Shown here: piece by piece, positions 1 to 10,781 of the stretch
Layout of the letters: each line of letters begins with the position of its first letter
Numbering within the stretch: the first letter of the stretch is position 1
Source of the DNA: Acidimicrobiia bacterium
GTDB taxonomy: Bacteria > Actinomycetota > Acidimicrobiia > Acidimicrobiales > Poriferisodalaceae
DNA length: 64,000 nucleotides
NCBI GenBank assembly: GCA_022827265.1
Contig: JAJDTF010000099.1
Location: forward strand, 71,105 to 135,104
Direction of reading: 5' to 3'
Program-made: the position numbers and the translations under genes
Notes under the pieces: generated by a model
What the model was told of the DNA's origin: nothing
Database searches by the model: none
Seen by the model: the letters and a program-made list of their open reading frames with translations, nothing else

Positions 1-5
1 CGCCC

Positions 6-209
6 GTGGGTCATTGTCAAGTTCGTCATAGCGGCAATCTGCCTCGCGGCAGTTTCGCCCTTTGTTTTGGCCTTTTTTTCGTTGGGCTGATGTCCGTCGG
101 CCAAGGTAGCTACTGGTCTTTTGCATTCGGGTTCTCGGCGTTTGCCTTGCTGATGGCAGTGGTACTGGCCATCGTCCTCGCGGTGCGCCGGGCCCGCCGG
201 TCAGGTTGA
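6..209 (+). CDS. small hydrophobic protein, possibly truncated by the left window edge
   Basis: The frame is open to the left edge. Two hydrophobic stretches (FALCFGLFFVGLM, FAFGFSAFALLMAVVLAIVLAV) are followed by RRARR. No family recognised. Confidence 0.3.
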   Translation: MGHCQVRHSGNLPRGSFALCFGLFFVGLMSVGQGSYWSFAFGFSAFALLMAVVLAIVLAVRRARRSG

Positions 210-245
210 CCAACCGGCGTTACGGGTTCTGATCGAAGCGAAGCT

Positions 246-467
246 TCACGCAGGCGCGACGAGCCGGCGTTCACGTACGGCTGCGAATTCGAGCGCCGCT
301 TGGATGTGCTGTTCGGTGAGCTCCGGAAAATCGCCGATGATCTCTTGGTGGGACGTTCCGGATGCCAGATATTCCAGAACGTCGTAGACGGTGATGCGCG
401 TGCCGATGAAGCACGGCTTCCCGTTCCGTACGCCGGCCCGAGTGTCGATCAGCGAGGTGGCATCCAT
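246..467 (-). CDS. DUF433 domain protein (antitoxin-like small HTH)
   Basis: 73-aa ORF. GKPCFIGTRITVYDVLEYLASG...IIGDFPELTEQHIQAALEF matches the DUF433 pattern as I know it. No PIN/DUF5615 partner ORF is visible downstream. Confidence 0.8.
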   Translation of the reverse strand: MDATSLIDTRAGVRNGKPCFIGTRITVYDVLEYLASGTSHQEIIGDFPELTEQHIQAALEFAAVRERRLVAPA

Positions 468-777
468 CGACTTCCACCGTAGTGATGGAAATCTGGGTAG
501 CTGAAGCGGATGATCTCCACTCGACGCGCAACCCGTCGGGCTCCTACAGACACCGCTTCGAAACAGTCGGTTGGGAAATCCTGAAACTGTCGGTTCAAAC
601 TTCCAAGAGCTGTCGACTTAGGATCGGCAGGCGACCCACTGGACTTGTAGCTCCCACGCTCTTCACTCGCGTGCTAGCCGTTTCGCCGCTGTGACCCGCC
701 GCAGGCCGCGTGCCGCCGACGAAGGTTCGTAAACAGTCGAATCGCCGCTTCGCCGTCGATCTCTGGCGGTTTCTTGA

Positions 778-1209
778 CTATTCGGTGGTTGGTGTCGGCG
801 ATGTTGGCTCGTCTGACTCGGTGCCAACCAAGAGGTGGACCGGTTCTGCGTCGGGAAACGTTGCGATCAAGTGGAGATCGCCGCCTGTAGCCCGGACGAA
901 CGAACGCAGCGTCGACAGCAGCATGTTGCTTCGGTGTTCCAGCCGAGAGACCTCAGATTGGTCCATTTGGAGCTGTTCGGCGATGTGCTGCTGGGTCAGC
1001 GTTCGGGCCTTTCGCACCTGCGCCAGCGTGGCCTGGTGCTGCTCAATCTGCTCCCGTACTGCTTCGTAATGCGCCCGGGCTTCCGGGTGGGATCGGATTC
1101 GTTCGAGCACCGGTCCCATCGAGAGGTCCCGTTGCCATGCATCCGGCGGTACATCATCGACGCTTGCCGTGTCCACAGGAACCTGTTCAAGTCGTTCGCT
1201 GTCGTTCAT
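778..1209 (-). CDS. XRE-family HTH protein, antitoxin-like (HigA-type partner of the upstream toxin)
   Basis: HTH segment LTQQHIAEQLQMDQSEVSRLE with C-terminal LSTLRSFVRATGGDLHLIATF. It lies 53 nt downstream of a RelE/HigB-like ORF on the same strand. Confidence 0.75.
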   Translation of the reverse strand: MNDSERLEQVPVDTASVDDVPPDAWQRDLSMGPVLERIRSHPEARAHYEAVREQIEQHQATLAQVRKARTLTQQHIAEQLQMDQSEVSRLEHRSNMLLSTLRSFVRATGGDLHLIATFPDAEPVHLLVGTESDEPTSPTPTTE

Positions 1210-1262
1210 CGTGTCCTTTCTTGCTCTCCTTCTGAAGAAGACGCGCTGCGCACAATCGGCGC

Positions 1263-1703
1263 CTAGTTGCCTCCTCTTCTGACAATCGGGGTGAAACCGG
1301 GATTCCGACTACACCATTGATCGAGTCGCTGCTGCGCACGCTCGACGTTTGCCGGGTACCAGCGATTGCCGAGCGACGTCTTGTCACCGCCTACCAGCGC
1401 TACTGCGATAGTGTTCGCCTGCTCGCTGCGGGCGAATCCGACGAGCACCCGAATCACCGGTGGTCCGACGGCGTAGGGCGTGGTCCCGGTCGGCGGTGTT
1501 CGTCTCAGCGCCCGGATGTCGTACCGTGCCGAGACCACCTCGTGGCACTCGGGATCGCCGAGATTCCTGCCGTGTCTCTCCAGCGCCCCCAGCAACGCAG
1601 TGATCTCTGCCGCGACCTCCCACCAATCTGTGCCTCCCGCGAGGGAGCCGTCGGTCAGGCTTGTGAGCCAGGCCTCAAAGAGCGGGTGGAGGACAACCTC
1701 CAT
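1263..1703 (-). CDS. RelE/HigB-like (Gp49-type) toxin
   Basis: IRVLVGFARSEQANTIAVALVGGDKTSLGNRWYPANVERAQQRL resembles the conserved core of Gp49/HigB-type toxins. The toxin-first gene order is as in higBA. I chose the ATG at 1703; a GTG at 1712 is also possible. Confidence 0.65.
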   Translation of the reverse strand: MEVVLHPLFEAWLTSLTDGSLAGGTDWWEVAAEITALLGALERHGRNLGDPECHEVVSARYDIRALRRTPPTGTTPYAVGPPVIRVLVGFARSEQANTIAVALVGGDKTSLGNRWYPANVERAQQRLDQWCSRNPGFTPIVRRGGN

Positions 1704-1803
1704 GTAATGCACTATAGCACATATGTATTCAAACTCATACCGCCGACGAGTAGAGGATTCGTTGGCGGTGGATCAGCGTGATGCGCAAGCGGCGAGCCAG
1801 CAA

Positions 1804-3606
1804 TCAGGCGAGGGGGATCACGGTGGCGGAGATGGCGGGGCGGCGGCGAGTTCGGTTGCCGACGAAACGACCGGTAGCGCGGCGGATGACACGCTCGATG
1901 TCGTCTGGGTCGGGACTGGGCCGCGACCCCTTGACGGCCTGTTCGACTGCTTGGGCAATCTCGCCGGAGAGGGCCTCGACGACGTCGGCGTGCTTGGTCA
2001 CGTCGAGCCAGCCCCGCGAGGCGATGTCGGGTGCTGCCGCCAGACGACCCTTGCGGTCGAACACGACGGTCACGTGCACGAAACCTGCCGTCAGGGCCAG
2101 GCGCTCGCCGATGACCCCGGTGTCGAGGTCGTCCAGCGCCCCGTCCACGTAGTGGTACGGCGCCGCAACGCCGGCGCGGACCTGGAGTTCGTTGCCCTTG
2201 AGCGTGATCTGGGCGCCGTCGGTCAGGGTCAGCACGCGCTTGGCCTTCATCCCCATCTCGCGGGCAAGCCCGGCATGACTGGCCAGCATGTGGAATTCGC
2301 CCTCGATCGGCACGAACCAGCGCGGGCGGCACGCCTGGTGCAGCTCGCGCAGCTCGTCACGCTGGGCGTGCCCCGACGTGTGGACCTGCTCGTGCCCGTC
2401 GTGGATCACCTCGGCGCCTTTTTGGGCCAGCCGCGACACCATGCGGAACACAGCGCGCTCGTTGCCAGGGATGGGGTGGCTCGACAGCACCACCGTGTCG
2501 GACGGCCCGGCATGAATCTCGGGGTGGTTGCCCTGCGCGATCAGTGCGAGCGCTGCATTGGGCTCGCCCTGGCTGCCCGTGCACACGATGCAAACCTCGC
2601 CGGGTTCGAAGCGATCGAGCTGCTCCACGCCGAACAGCACACGCTCAGGAACGTCGAGCACACCCAGCTGGCGTGCGATGCGCACGTTGTTCACCATGGA
2701 GCGGCCCACCGGGACGACCACGCGGCCCTCGTTGATGGCGGCGTCGCAGATCTGCTGCACGCGGTGCAGGTGACTGGCGAAGCAGCTCACGATCAAGCGC
2801 TGGTCCGGGCGCTCACCGAACAGTCGCCGGAGCGTGGCGCCGATCTCGGTCTCCGACGCGCTGCGCCCTGGGCGGTCGGCATTGGTCGAATCGGCCATCA
2901 GCAGTGCGATGCCCTCGTCGCCCAGCGCCCGGAGCCGCTCCAGGTCGGTGAGCCTTCCGTCCACCGGCGCCTCGTCGATCTTGAAGTCGCCGGTGTGCAC
3001 GAGCGCACCGGCCGGCGTGTGCAGCACGATGCACAGGCTCTGGGGAACCGAGTGGGTGATCGGCAATGCCTCCACGTCGAACGGGCCGATCTTGCGGCGT
3101 TCGCCGTCTCCGATGAGGTGAAAGGACGTGCGGTCTCCGAGGCGTGCCTCGGTCACCTTGTGCTCGGCGAGGGCCATGGACAGGGCCGACCCGTAGAGGG
3201 GCACCTCGATGCTGCGCAGGAAGTGGGGGACGCCGCCGAGGTGGTCTTCGTGGCCGTGGGTGACCACCAGTCCGACGATGTCGCGGGCACGCGAGTTGAG
3301 CCAGCCCATATCGGGCAGCACCTGCTGTACTCCCGGCATGATCGCCGGATCGGGGAACATGACCCCGAAGTCGATGACGAGCAGCTTGCCGCTCTGCTCC
3401 ACGACGGTGCAGTTGCGCCCGACGTCGCCGAGCCCGCCCAAGAACGTGACAGTGACGCCTTGGTTGTTGTTGCTTGTGCCCTTCCCGCCGTGACTGCGTC
3501 CAGTTGGCTTCCGCGTACGCCTTGTGGAACCGCCGTCTTGTACGGCGGGATCGGCGGATTGGGCTGGCGCGCCGTCGGCGGGGGCGCGGCGCTGACGGCG
3601 GCTCAA
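1804..3606 (-). CDS. rnj: ribonuclease J
   Basis: Metallo-beta-lactamase motif VVTHGHEDHLGG, a beta-CASP-like region and a C-terminal domain, with the basic N-terminal extension typical of actinobacteria. The TTG start overlaps the dapA stop. Confidence 0.93.
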   Translation of the reverse strand: MSRRQRRAPADGAPAQSADPAVQDGGSTRRTRKPTGRSHGGKGTSNNNQGVTVTFLGGLGDVGRNCTVVEQSGKLLVIDFGVMFPDPAIMPGVQQVLPDMGWLNSRARDIVGLVVTHGHEDHLGGVPHFLRSIEVPLYGSALSMALAEHKVTEARLGDRTSFHLIGDGERRKIGPFDVEALPITHSVPQSLCIVLHTPAGALVHTGDFKIDEAPVDGRLTDLERLRALGDEGIALLMADSTNADRPGRSASETEIGATLRRLFGERPDQRLIVSCFASHLHRVQQICDAAINEGRVVVPVGRSMVNNVRIARQLGVLDVPERVLFGVEQLDRFEPGEVCIVCTGSQGEPNAALALIAQGNHPEIHAGPSDTVVLSSHPIPGNERAVFRMVSRLAQKGAEVIHDGHEQVHTSGHAQRDELRELHQACRPRWFVPIEGEFHMLASHAGLAREMGMKAKRVLTLTDGAQITLKGNELQVRAGVAAPYHYVDGALDDLDTGVIGERLALTAGFVHVTVVFDRKGRLAAAPDIASRGWLDVTKHADVVEALSGEIAQAVEQAVKGSRPSPDPDDIERVIRRATGRFVGNRTRRRPAISATVIPLA

Positions 3607-4487
3607 GTCTGCTTCAGACGGGCGTAGACCTCGCGGGCGCGGTCTTCCAGACCCTCGGGCGTCGGGCCCATGGGCAGGCGGGGTTCGCCCACCGGCAGCC
3701 CCAGCGTGCGCAGCATGGCCTTGGTCGGCACAGGGTTGGGTGCTTCGTCGCCGGTCTCGAAGTCGTAGCTCTCCAGCAGGGTGGCGTTGATCTCACGGGC
3801 CTTGGTGGCGTCGCCTGCGTCCCATGCGTCGAACATGGCGACGTGCTCGGGGATGGACCAGTGCGCTGCGACGCTGATCACGCCCACCGCGCCGACGGCC
3901 AGCAGCGGCAGCGTGAAGGTGTCGTCGCCGCTGTACACCTCGAAGCCCTCTGGTGCCTCGGCGATGACCTTCGCGGTCTCACCCGGGTTTCCCGCAGCGT
4001 CCTTCACCCCGACGATGTTGGGGATGTGTGCCAGCTCCAGCAGCGTCGGCGTGTTGATCTTGCGTCCGGTACGCACCGGGATGTCGTACAAGATGATTGG
4101 CAGCTCGGTGCACTCGGCCACGGCGGCGAAATGCGCTGCGATACCCGCCTGCGACGGCCGGTTGTAGTAGGGGGTGACGGCCAGGATGCCGTCGACGCCC
4201 AGCTCGGCGGCCTTGCGGGTCTGACTCACCGAATGCGCCGTGTCGTTGGTGGTGGTGCCGGCCACGACCGGCACCGTCGCGGCTTCCGACACGGCGCGCC
4301 AGAGCTCCCAGTCCTCCTCGTCGGTGATGGTGGGTGCCTCACCGGTCGTGCCGGTGATCACGAGGCCCTCGGCGCCTTCGCCTACGAGCCAGCGGGCCAG
4401 CGTCACCCCAGCGTCCACGTCCAGCGATCCATCTGCCGCGAAGGGCGTGATCATCGCCGGCACCACTCGTCCGAATCGCGCGCTCAT
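3603..4487 (-). CDS. dapA: 4-hydroxy-tetrahydrodipicolinate synthase
   Basis: 294 aa. AMITPF...GLVITGTTGEAPTITDEE and ILAVTPYYNRPSQ are classic DapA motifs. The dapA-rnj adjacency is typical of actinobacteria. Confidence 0.93.
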   Translation of the reverse strand: MSARFGRVVPAMITPFAADGSLDVDAGVTLARWLVGEGAEGLVITGTTGEAPTITDEEDWELWRAVSEAATVPVVAGTTTNDTAHSVSQTRKAAELGVDGILAVTPYYNRPSQAGIAAHFAAVAECTELPIILYDIPVRTGRKINTPTLLELAHIPNIVGVKDAAGNPGETAKVIAEAPEGFEVYSGDDTFTLPLLAVGAVGVISVAAHWSIPEHVAMFDAWDAGDATKAREINATLLESYDFETGDEAPNPVPTKAMLRTLGLPVGEPRLPMGPTPEGLEDRAREVYARLKQT

Positions 4488-4595
4488 GTCCCCGAGACTA
4501 CTGCCGCGCCCTCGAGGGCCTGCAATTGTTTTCCCGTTGTCAGCGTCGGAAGATCGTTGGGTGCCTGCAGACGTGAGTGCCTAGGTTCGCGAGCA

Positions 4596-4654
4596 GGCGG
4601 ATCGCCTTGGAGCTGATCCAAAAAACCTGACTCGGCCGCTCCGGGCGATCCGCC
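4596..4654. repeat. 11-bp perfect inverted repeat (ggcggatcgcc / ggcgatccgcc) with a 37-nt spacer; possible terminator or regulatory stem between the hypothetical gene and dapA
   Basis: Arms at 4596-4606 and 4644-4654 are exact reverse complements. The element sits in the 289-nt intergenic gap. Confidence 0.3.
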
Positions 4655-4776
4655 ACTCGATGCCGCCGTAGCGACTTCCGCAGTTGAAGCTAACACTGGT
4701 GGCGAGCGAGATTCAACGCGGTTTCGGCGGTCGGCTCTCGGACGAAACTGTCGGCTGGTTCGCAGGCAGTTATGCG

Positions 4777-5511
4777 TCAGACGCTGCCTTCGTCGGCGCG
4801 GTTGATGCCGAGCGTGGCCAGCAGATCCTCGTGTAGCTCGAACCACACCGTGTGATAGCTGGGGATCATCGGCTTGGTGAGGTAGTCGAGGTCGCCGGCT
4901 TGCAGCTTGCCCAGGGCTTCGGCGAACCGGGGCGAGTAGTTCTCGTAGCGGGCCATCACTGAGTTGAGGGCTTCGAGCACCCCGCCGAGCTCGCCGTGCA
5001 GGCCTTCGAGCCGGCTGATGATCGCGGCGTCGTAGTCAGGGTCGCTGTGGTCGTTCAGCCGGCCGCCGTCGCCGGGTCCCGCATCGGCTGCCGCCGGGTG
5101 ATCTTCGGGCAGCACCTGCCAGTCGGTGCACAGATGCAGCATCTTGGGGTTCAGCGCCAGGAATTCCCGGTAGGCCGCCGTCACGGCGTCGCGGGCACCG
5201 GCTGCATCCAGCTCAGCGGCGAGCGCGGCCTCGCCGTCGTCGCGCCCGGTCGGCGTCAGGATGAACTTCGGCACCCCGCCGACCTCGCGGGACATGCAGT
5301 GCCCAGCAGTGTCCAGCTCCGCCAGCAGCCATTCGGTGTCGTCAGGCTCGAGCCCGTGAATCGCCGCGACGTCGTCGATCTCGCCGAGTCCCTTCAGCCG
5401 CAGCGCCAGCCACACGAGCAGGCGCGGCTCGGAGCGGTATGGACAGCTCGCATCAGGCTCGGAGCGGTATGGGCCGCTCGCATCAGGCTGGGATTGGAAT
5501 GGACCGTTCAT
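4777..5511 (-). CDS. hypothetical protein with N-terminal tandem decapeptide
   Basis: 244-aa ORF with an ATG start, 7 nt downstream of the acyl-CoA ligase stop. Codon usage looks host-like. No family recognised. Confidence 0.6.
   Translation of the reverse strand: MNGPFQSQPDASGPYRSEPDASCPYRSEPRLLVWLALRLKGLGEIDDVAAIHGLEPDDTEWLLAELDTAGHCMSREVGGVPKFILTPTGRDDGEAALAAELDAAGARDAVTAAYREFLALNPKMLHLCTDWQVLPEDHPAAADAGPGDGGRLNDHSDPDYDAAIISRLEGLHGELGGVLEALNSVMARYENYSPRFAEALGKLQAGDLDYLTKPMIPSYHTVWFELHEDLLATLGINRADEGSV
5426..5485. repeat. 30-bp x2 in-frame tandem repeat
   Basis: ggctcggagcggtatggacagctcgcatca / ggctcggagcggtatgggccgctcgcatca, with 2 mismatches. It encodes PDASGPYRSE / PDASCPYRSE at the N-terminus of the 4777..5511 ORF. 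Confidence 0.9.
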
Positions 5512-5518
5512 GTCGACG

Positions 5519-7147
<1,629 letters not shown>

Positions 7148-7180
7148 GACGCCGCAGGCTAGAGGCCATCGGAAGCTGCC

Positions 7181-8023
7181 TTGAAGGGCGTGCCGGGCAG
7201 CCGCAGGTCGGTGCGATCGCTGTGCGGGTGCGTAGCCTCGGCGGCGGTGGCGCACACGGACTCGGACGACAATGCTGCGGCCGACGCCGCCGAATCCGAG
7301 GAGATCGTGGACGGGATTGCTGAGTCGTCGCACCGGTCCGCCGATGAGACCTCGGCGGGTCCAGTGATCACCGACGCCGACCGTCGCCGGATGCAGCTGC
7401 TGGCTGCGGTGCCCGTGGGCTTCGCTCTGGCGGCCTATGCCGGGCAGATCTTCTTCGCTGCCCTCATTGCGCGCGCACCGCTGCTGCTGCTGTCGCTCAA
7501 CGCCACGGACCCCGTCCTGCTCGGCGTGGCCCATCAGGCCCCGCTGTGGGCGTTCATGGCGATCGGGCTGACCCGGCTGTTCATCACCGACCCGTTCCTG
7601 TACCGGCTCGGCTACGACTACGGCCCCAATGCCAAGGCCTATCTGGCAGCAGAGCTTGGGCCCCGCAGCCGTGTCATCCGCACCATGGACTGGCTGGAGC
7701 GCTGGTTCCCGCGGGCAGGCTGGCTGCTGCTGTTCGCCATTCCCGGCTACCCGATGTGCTTGCTGTCGGGGATTGCGCGCATGCGCCAGCTTCCCTTCGT
7801 CGTGGTGAATCTGGCGGGCACGTTCACCCGGCTGGCGCTGGTGTGGTGGGTCGCCGGCTTGTTCGACGGTCCCCTTGGAGCAGTCATCGACTTCATCAAC
7901 CGCTACTCGATCCCCTTCACCGTGGCGATGTTCGTGCTGGTCGTGGTTCAGACCGCCCGCAACCAGCGCCGGAACGCGGCTGCGGAGCCACCGTCGTCTG
8001 AGGCAGGAACAGACGACGTCTGA
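7181..8023 (+). CDS. multi-pass membrane protein, tentatively DedA/VTT-like
   Basis: Four to five hydrophobic helices follow an acidic N-terminal tail. The gene is divergent from the acyl-CoA ligase. The start is uncertain (TTG at 7181; an ATG at 7391 is also possible). Confidence 0.55.
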   Translation: MKGVPGSRRSVRSLCGCVASAAVAHTDSDDNAAADAAESEEIVDGIAESSHRSADETSAGPVITDADRRRMQLLAAVPVGFALAAYAGQIFFAALIARAPLLLLSLNATDPVLLGVAHQAPLWAFMAIGLTRLFITDPFLYRLGYDYGPNAKAYLAAELGPRSRVIRTMDWLERWFPRAGWLLLFAIPGYPMCLLSGIARMRQLPFVVVNLAGTFTRLALVWWVAGLFDGPLGAVIDFINRYSIPFTVAMFVLVVVQTARNQRRNAAAEPPSSEAGTDDV

Positions 8024-8070
8024 GCGGCGGGTCTCCAAAGGTCCGGCCCCGCCTCGGTACTCTCGCTGAG

Positions 8071-10437
8071 GTGAGTGCGAGCGGCGCTGCCGGGGCCAAT
8101 GGCTCAAAGGACACGTCCAATTCGTTGTCCGCACACGACGGTCGCAGCGGGCTCTCGCGGGTGGTTCGCAATGCCCTGAGCGGCCGATCCCGCGAGATCG
8201 TGGCGCTGTCGCTGTTCGCGCTCGCCGTGATCTGCGCGCTGGGGCTGCTGGGCGACCGCGCGGGCGTCGTGGGCCGAGTTTTGGAGAGCGCGCTCGCAAT
8301 TCTGCTGGGCGTGTTCCGGTACGCCGTGCCGATCCTGCTCGTCTGGATCGGCGTCGCACTCGCCCGTATGACCGCTTCGGAGCGGAGCGGCCGTGCCGCC
8401 TTCGGGCTGAGCATGCTCACGGTTGCCTTCGCCGCCGCCGCACACCTGTCGGGACCAGCCGACGGCTTCGGGTCGCTGGAGGACCTGCGAGGCAGCGGGG
8501 GAGTGCTGGGTGCCGTGGTCGCCGAGCCGCTGCGTCGCTTGATCGACGACCCCGCGACCTGGGTGCTGCTGCTGCTGGTCATGCTGTTCGCGGTCATGAT
8601 CGTTGCCAACGTTGGCCTCGGTCAGGTCCTGCGATGGATATGGGCTGGTCTGTCTGCGCTGGGCCGGACGCTGAGCGGCTCGCTGTCGAAGGGTGCCCGG
8701 AGCCTGCAGCGCGTCGGCGAGGATCCCGAACCCCCGTCGTTCGGGGAAGAGCAGTACGACCTAGAGGCTGAGTCAGCAGGCCAGACTCCGGGTCTGGACC
8801 TGGGCGCCTCGGGTACCAGCGAGGCGGCATCCGACGAGGCTGTCTTCGAGCCATCGCCGCCCGAATTCGTGGAGCCGCCCAGCGACGATCCCGTCCCGAC
8901 ACCTGTGCCGGCGGCCCTCGCCTCCAGCAAGGGCACGGGAACTGGCAGCCAGCGTCCTCGCTGGAAGCTCCCAAAGAAATCGGTGCTGAAGCGCAGCGGC
9001 GCCCAGCAGTTCGACCGAGCCCAGCTGTCGGCGGGCGCTGCAGCACTGGTGGCGGCGCTGGCCAGTCACGGTGTGGAGACTCAGGTCACCGGCTGGGAGC
9101 CCGGGCCCACGGTCACGCGCTACGAGCTGAAGCTGGGCCCAGGCGTGAAGGTGTCGCGCGTCACTGCGCTTCACAAGGACATCGCCTACGCCATGGCCGC
9201 AGCCGACGTCCGGATCCTCGCGCCGATCCCAGGCCGATCGGCGATCGGCATCGAGGTCCCCAACTCCGATCGTCACTTGGTCGCGCTGGGCGACATCCTG
9301 TCCTCCAAGGCCGCCACCGAGGCCATGCACCCGCTCGAAGTGGCGATGGGCAAGGACATCTCGGGTCGTGAGGTCATGGTCAATCTGGCCACGATGCCCC
9401 ACGTGCTCATTGCCGGCGCGACCGGCGCGGGCAAGTCGTCGTGCATCAACTCGATCATCACGTCGCTGCTGATGAGGTCCAGGCCCGATGAGGTGCGGAT
9501 GATCCTCGTCGATCCCAAGCGGGTGGAGCTCGGCCAGTACGACGGGCTGCCGCATCTGCTGACTGCGGTGGTCACCGATCCGCGGAAAGCGGCCAATGCT
9601 CTCTCCTGGGCGGTGAAGGAGATGGAGCGCCGCTACGACGTGCTTTCCGAGGCGGGCTTCCGTGACATCACCGGCTACAACGCGGCCGTGCTCGACGGGG
9701 CGCTGCACAGCGACGAGGCCGAGCTGCTGGGCAACGACCAGCCCCACGAATCGATGCCCTTCATCGTGGTGGTGGTCGACGAGCTGAACGACCTCATGAT
9801 GGTGGCGGCCCGCGACGTCGAGGAGTCCATCACCCGCTTGGCCCAGATGGCCCGGGCCGTCGGCGTGCACCTTGTCGTCGCGACCCAGCGCCCGAGCGTG
9901 AACGTCATCACCGGGGTGATCAAGGCCAACATCCCCAGCCGGCTGGCATTTGCCGTGTCGAGCCTGGCAGACAGCCGGGTCATCCTCGACCAGCCCGGCG
10001 CTGAGCGGTTGGTGGGCCAGGGCGACATGCTGCTGCTGTCCGCGAACTCCAGCACGCCGCGCCGCATCCAAGGTGCGTGGGTGAGCGAATCGGAGGTCGC
10101 CCACGTAGTGGCTCACTGGCGCCGCCAAGCACCCGATGTCGAATACGTGGAAGGCGTGGAGGGCACTGACGATTCGGATGGCAGCAGCATCCTGCCGGGC
10201 GGCACCACCGGCGATGCCGATGACGACGAGCTGCTGCGCCAGGCAATGGCCATCGTGGTGGAGACCCAGCTCGGCTCGACATCCATGCTGCAGCGCAAGC
10301 TGAAAGTCGGCTTCGCCCGCGCCGGACGGCTGATGGACTTGCTCGAGCAGCGAGGCGTCGTGGGCCCCTCGCAGGGCTCCAAGGCCCGCGATGTGCTCAT
10401 GACGCCCGAGGAACTGTCGAACGCGCTGGGAGAGTGA
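8071..10437 (+). CDS. ftsK: DNA translocase FtsK
   Basis: N-terminal TM helices, a Pro/Ala-rich linker, Walker A GATGAGKSSCINS, Walker B VVVVDELNDLMM and a C-terminal gamma wHTH (STSMLQRKLKVGFARAGRLMD). Confidence 0.95.
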   Translation: MSASGAAGANGSKDTSNSLSAHDGRSGLSRVVRNALSGRSREIVALSLFALAVICALGLLGDRAGVVGRVLESALAILLGVFRYAVPILLVWIGVALARMTASERSGRAAFGLSMLTVAFAAAAHLSGPADGFGSLEDLRGSGGVLGAVVAEPLRRLIDDPATWVLLLLVMLFAVMIVANVGLGQVLRWIWAGLSALGRTLSGSLSKGARSLQRVGEDPEPPSFGEEQYDLEAESAGQTPGLDLGASGTSEAASDEAVFEPSPPEFVEPPSDDPVPTPVPAALASSKGTGTGSQRPRWKLPKKSVLKRSGAQQFDRAQLSAGAAALVAALASHGVETQVTGWEPGPTVTRYELKLGPGVKVSRVTALHKDIAYAMAAADVRILAPIPGRSAIGIEVPNSDRHLVALGDILSSKAATEAMHPLEVAMGKDISGREVMVNLATMPHVLIAGATGAGKSSCINSIITSLLMRSRPDEVRMILVDPKRVELGQYDGLPHLLTAVVTDPRKAANALSWAVKEMERRYDVLSEAGFRDITGYNAAVLDGALHSDEAELLGNDQPHESMPFIVVVVDELNDLMMVAARDVEESITRLAQMARAVGVHLVVATQRPSVNVITGVIKANIPSRLAFAVSSLADSRVILDQPGAERLVGQGDMLLLSANSSTPRRIQGAWVSESEVAHVVAHWRRQAPDVEYVEGVEGTDDSDGSSILPGGTTGDADDDELLRQAMAIVVETQLGSTSMLQRKLKVGFARAGRLMDLLEQRGVVGPSQGSKARDVLMTPEELSNALGE

Positions 10438-10460
10438 CGGCGAGCGGCTCCGCTCGCCGC
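10408..10460. repeat. direct repeat copy 1 (ftsK 3' end plus terminator hairpin)
   Basis: 53 bp, 49/53 identical to 12283..12335. It covers the last 9 ftsK codons, the stop codon and the hairpin. Confidence 0.9.
10439..10458. terminator. GC-rich hairpin immediately after the ftsK stop (8-bp stem ggcgagcg/cgctcgcc, loop gctc)
   Basis: Perfect 8-bp stem starting 2 nt after the TGA. There is no U-tract, which is common in high-GC actinobacteria. Confidence 0.5.
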
Positions 10461-10470
10461 GCTTAAGGGC

Positions 10471-10641
10471 TCAGCGCTCGCGGCGGATGTGCTTGAACGA
10501 CCCGCCGGCCTCCTTGGTCGCCTTGAAGCGGCCGGTGGAAGGGTCTCGCTTGACCCACTTGCCGGGCATGGGATTCGGCATCTGCCTCAGGCCGTAGGCA
10601 GAGTCAAATTGGCCGTCACTATGTGCGCCGTTCTTTGCCAT
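10471..10641 (-). CDS. small basic hypothetical protein (56 aa)
   Basis: ATG preceded by gggagcagg (SD-like). Sequence: MAKNGAHSDGQFDSAYGLRQMPNPMPGKWVKRDPSTGRFKATKEAGGSFKHIRRER. The upstream part of the 138-aa track ORF is probably not coding. Confidence 0.45.
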   Translation of the reverse strand: MAKNGAHSDGQFDSAYGLRQMPNPMPGKWVKRDPSTGRFKATKEAGGSFKHIRRER

Positions 10642-10781
10642 GACCTGCTCCCTTGAGCGACTGAACTCAAAGATAGCCGGGCCATGTGACACGAAGTCGG
10701 AGTCTGAGGCGGCACCCACATCGCTCCGAGCCCTCGACGTGCCGGTCGGTCGATCGAGTCGCGCTGATGGGTCAACCGAAA

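Noticed and set aside
1723-3627. 634-aa plus-strand ORF. Many similar long ORFs occur, e.g. 8773-10128(-), 12511-13593(+), 19014-19916(-), 21147-22064(-), 22158-23504(-), 25212-26267(+), 26347-27402(+), 28069-29196(-), 29403-30359(-), 34416-35888(+), 37156-37980(-), 40677-41714(+), 46414-47556(-), 48200-49246(-), 49513-50448(+), 57418-58473(-), 59153-60262(-), 60266-62059(-).
   Set aside because: Each lies antisense to, or out of frame with, a gene that has clear family motifs (RNase J, FtsK, P450, IolD and others). Their translations are Arg/Ala/Gly/Pro-rich and low in complexity. This is the usual stop-codon-poor artefact of roughly 70% GC DNA.
7148-8359. N-terminal 404 aa of the 946-aa track ORF 5519..8359.
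   Set aside because: The acyl-CoA ligase homology starts at MDSTMMDLPL (7147). The upstream part is Arg/Pro-rich and overlaps the opposite-strand membrane protein and the ftsK start, so it is a run-on rather than coding sequence.
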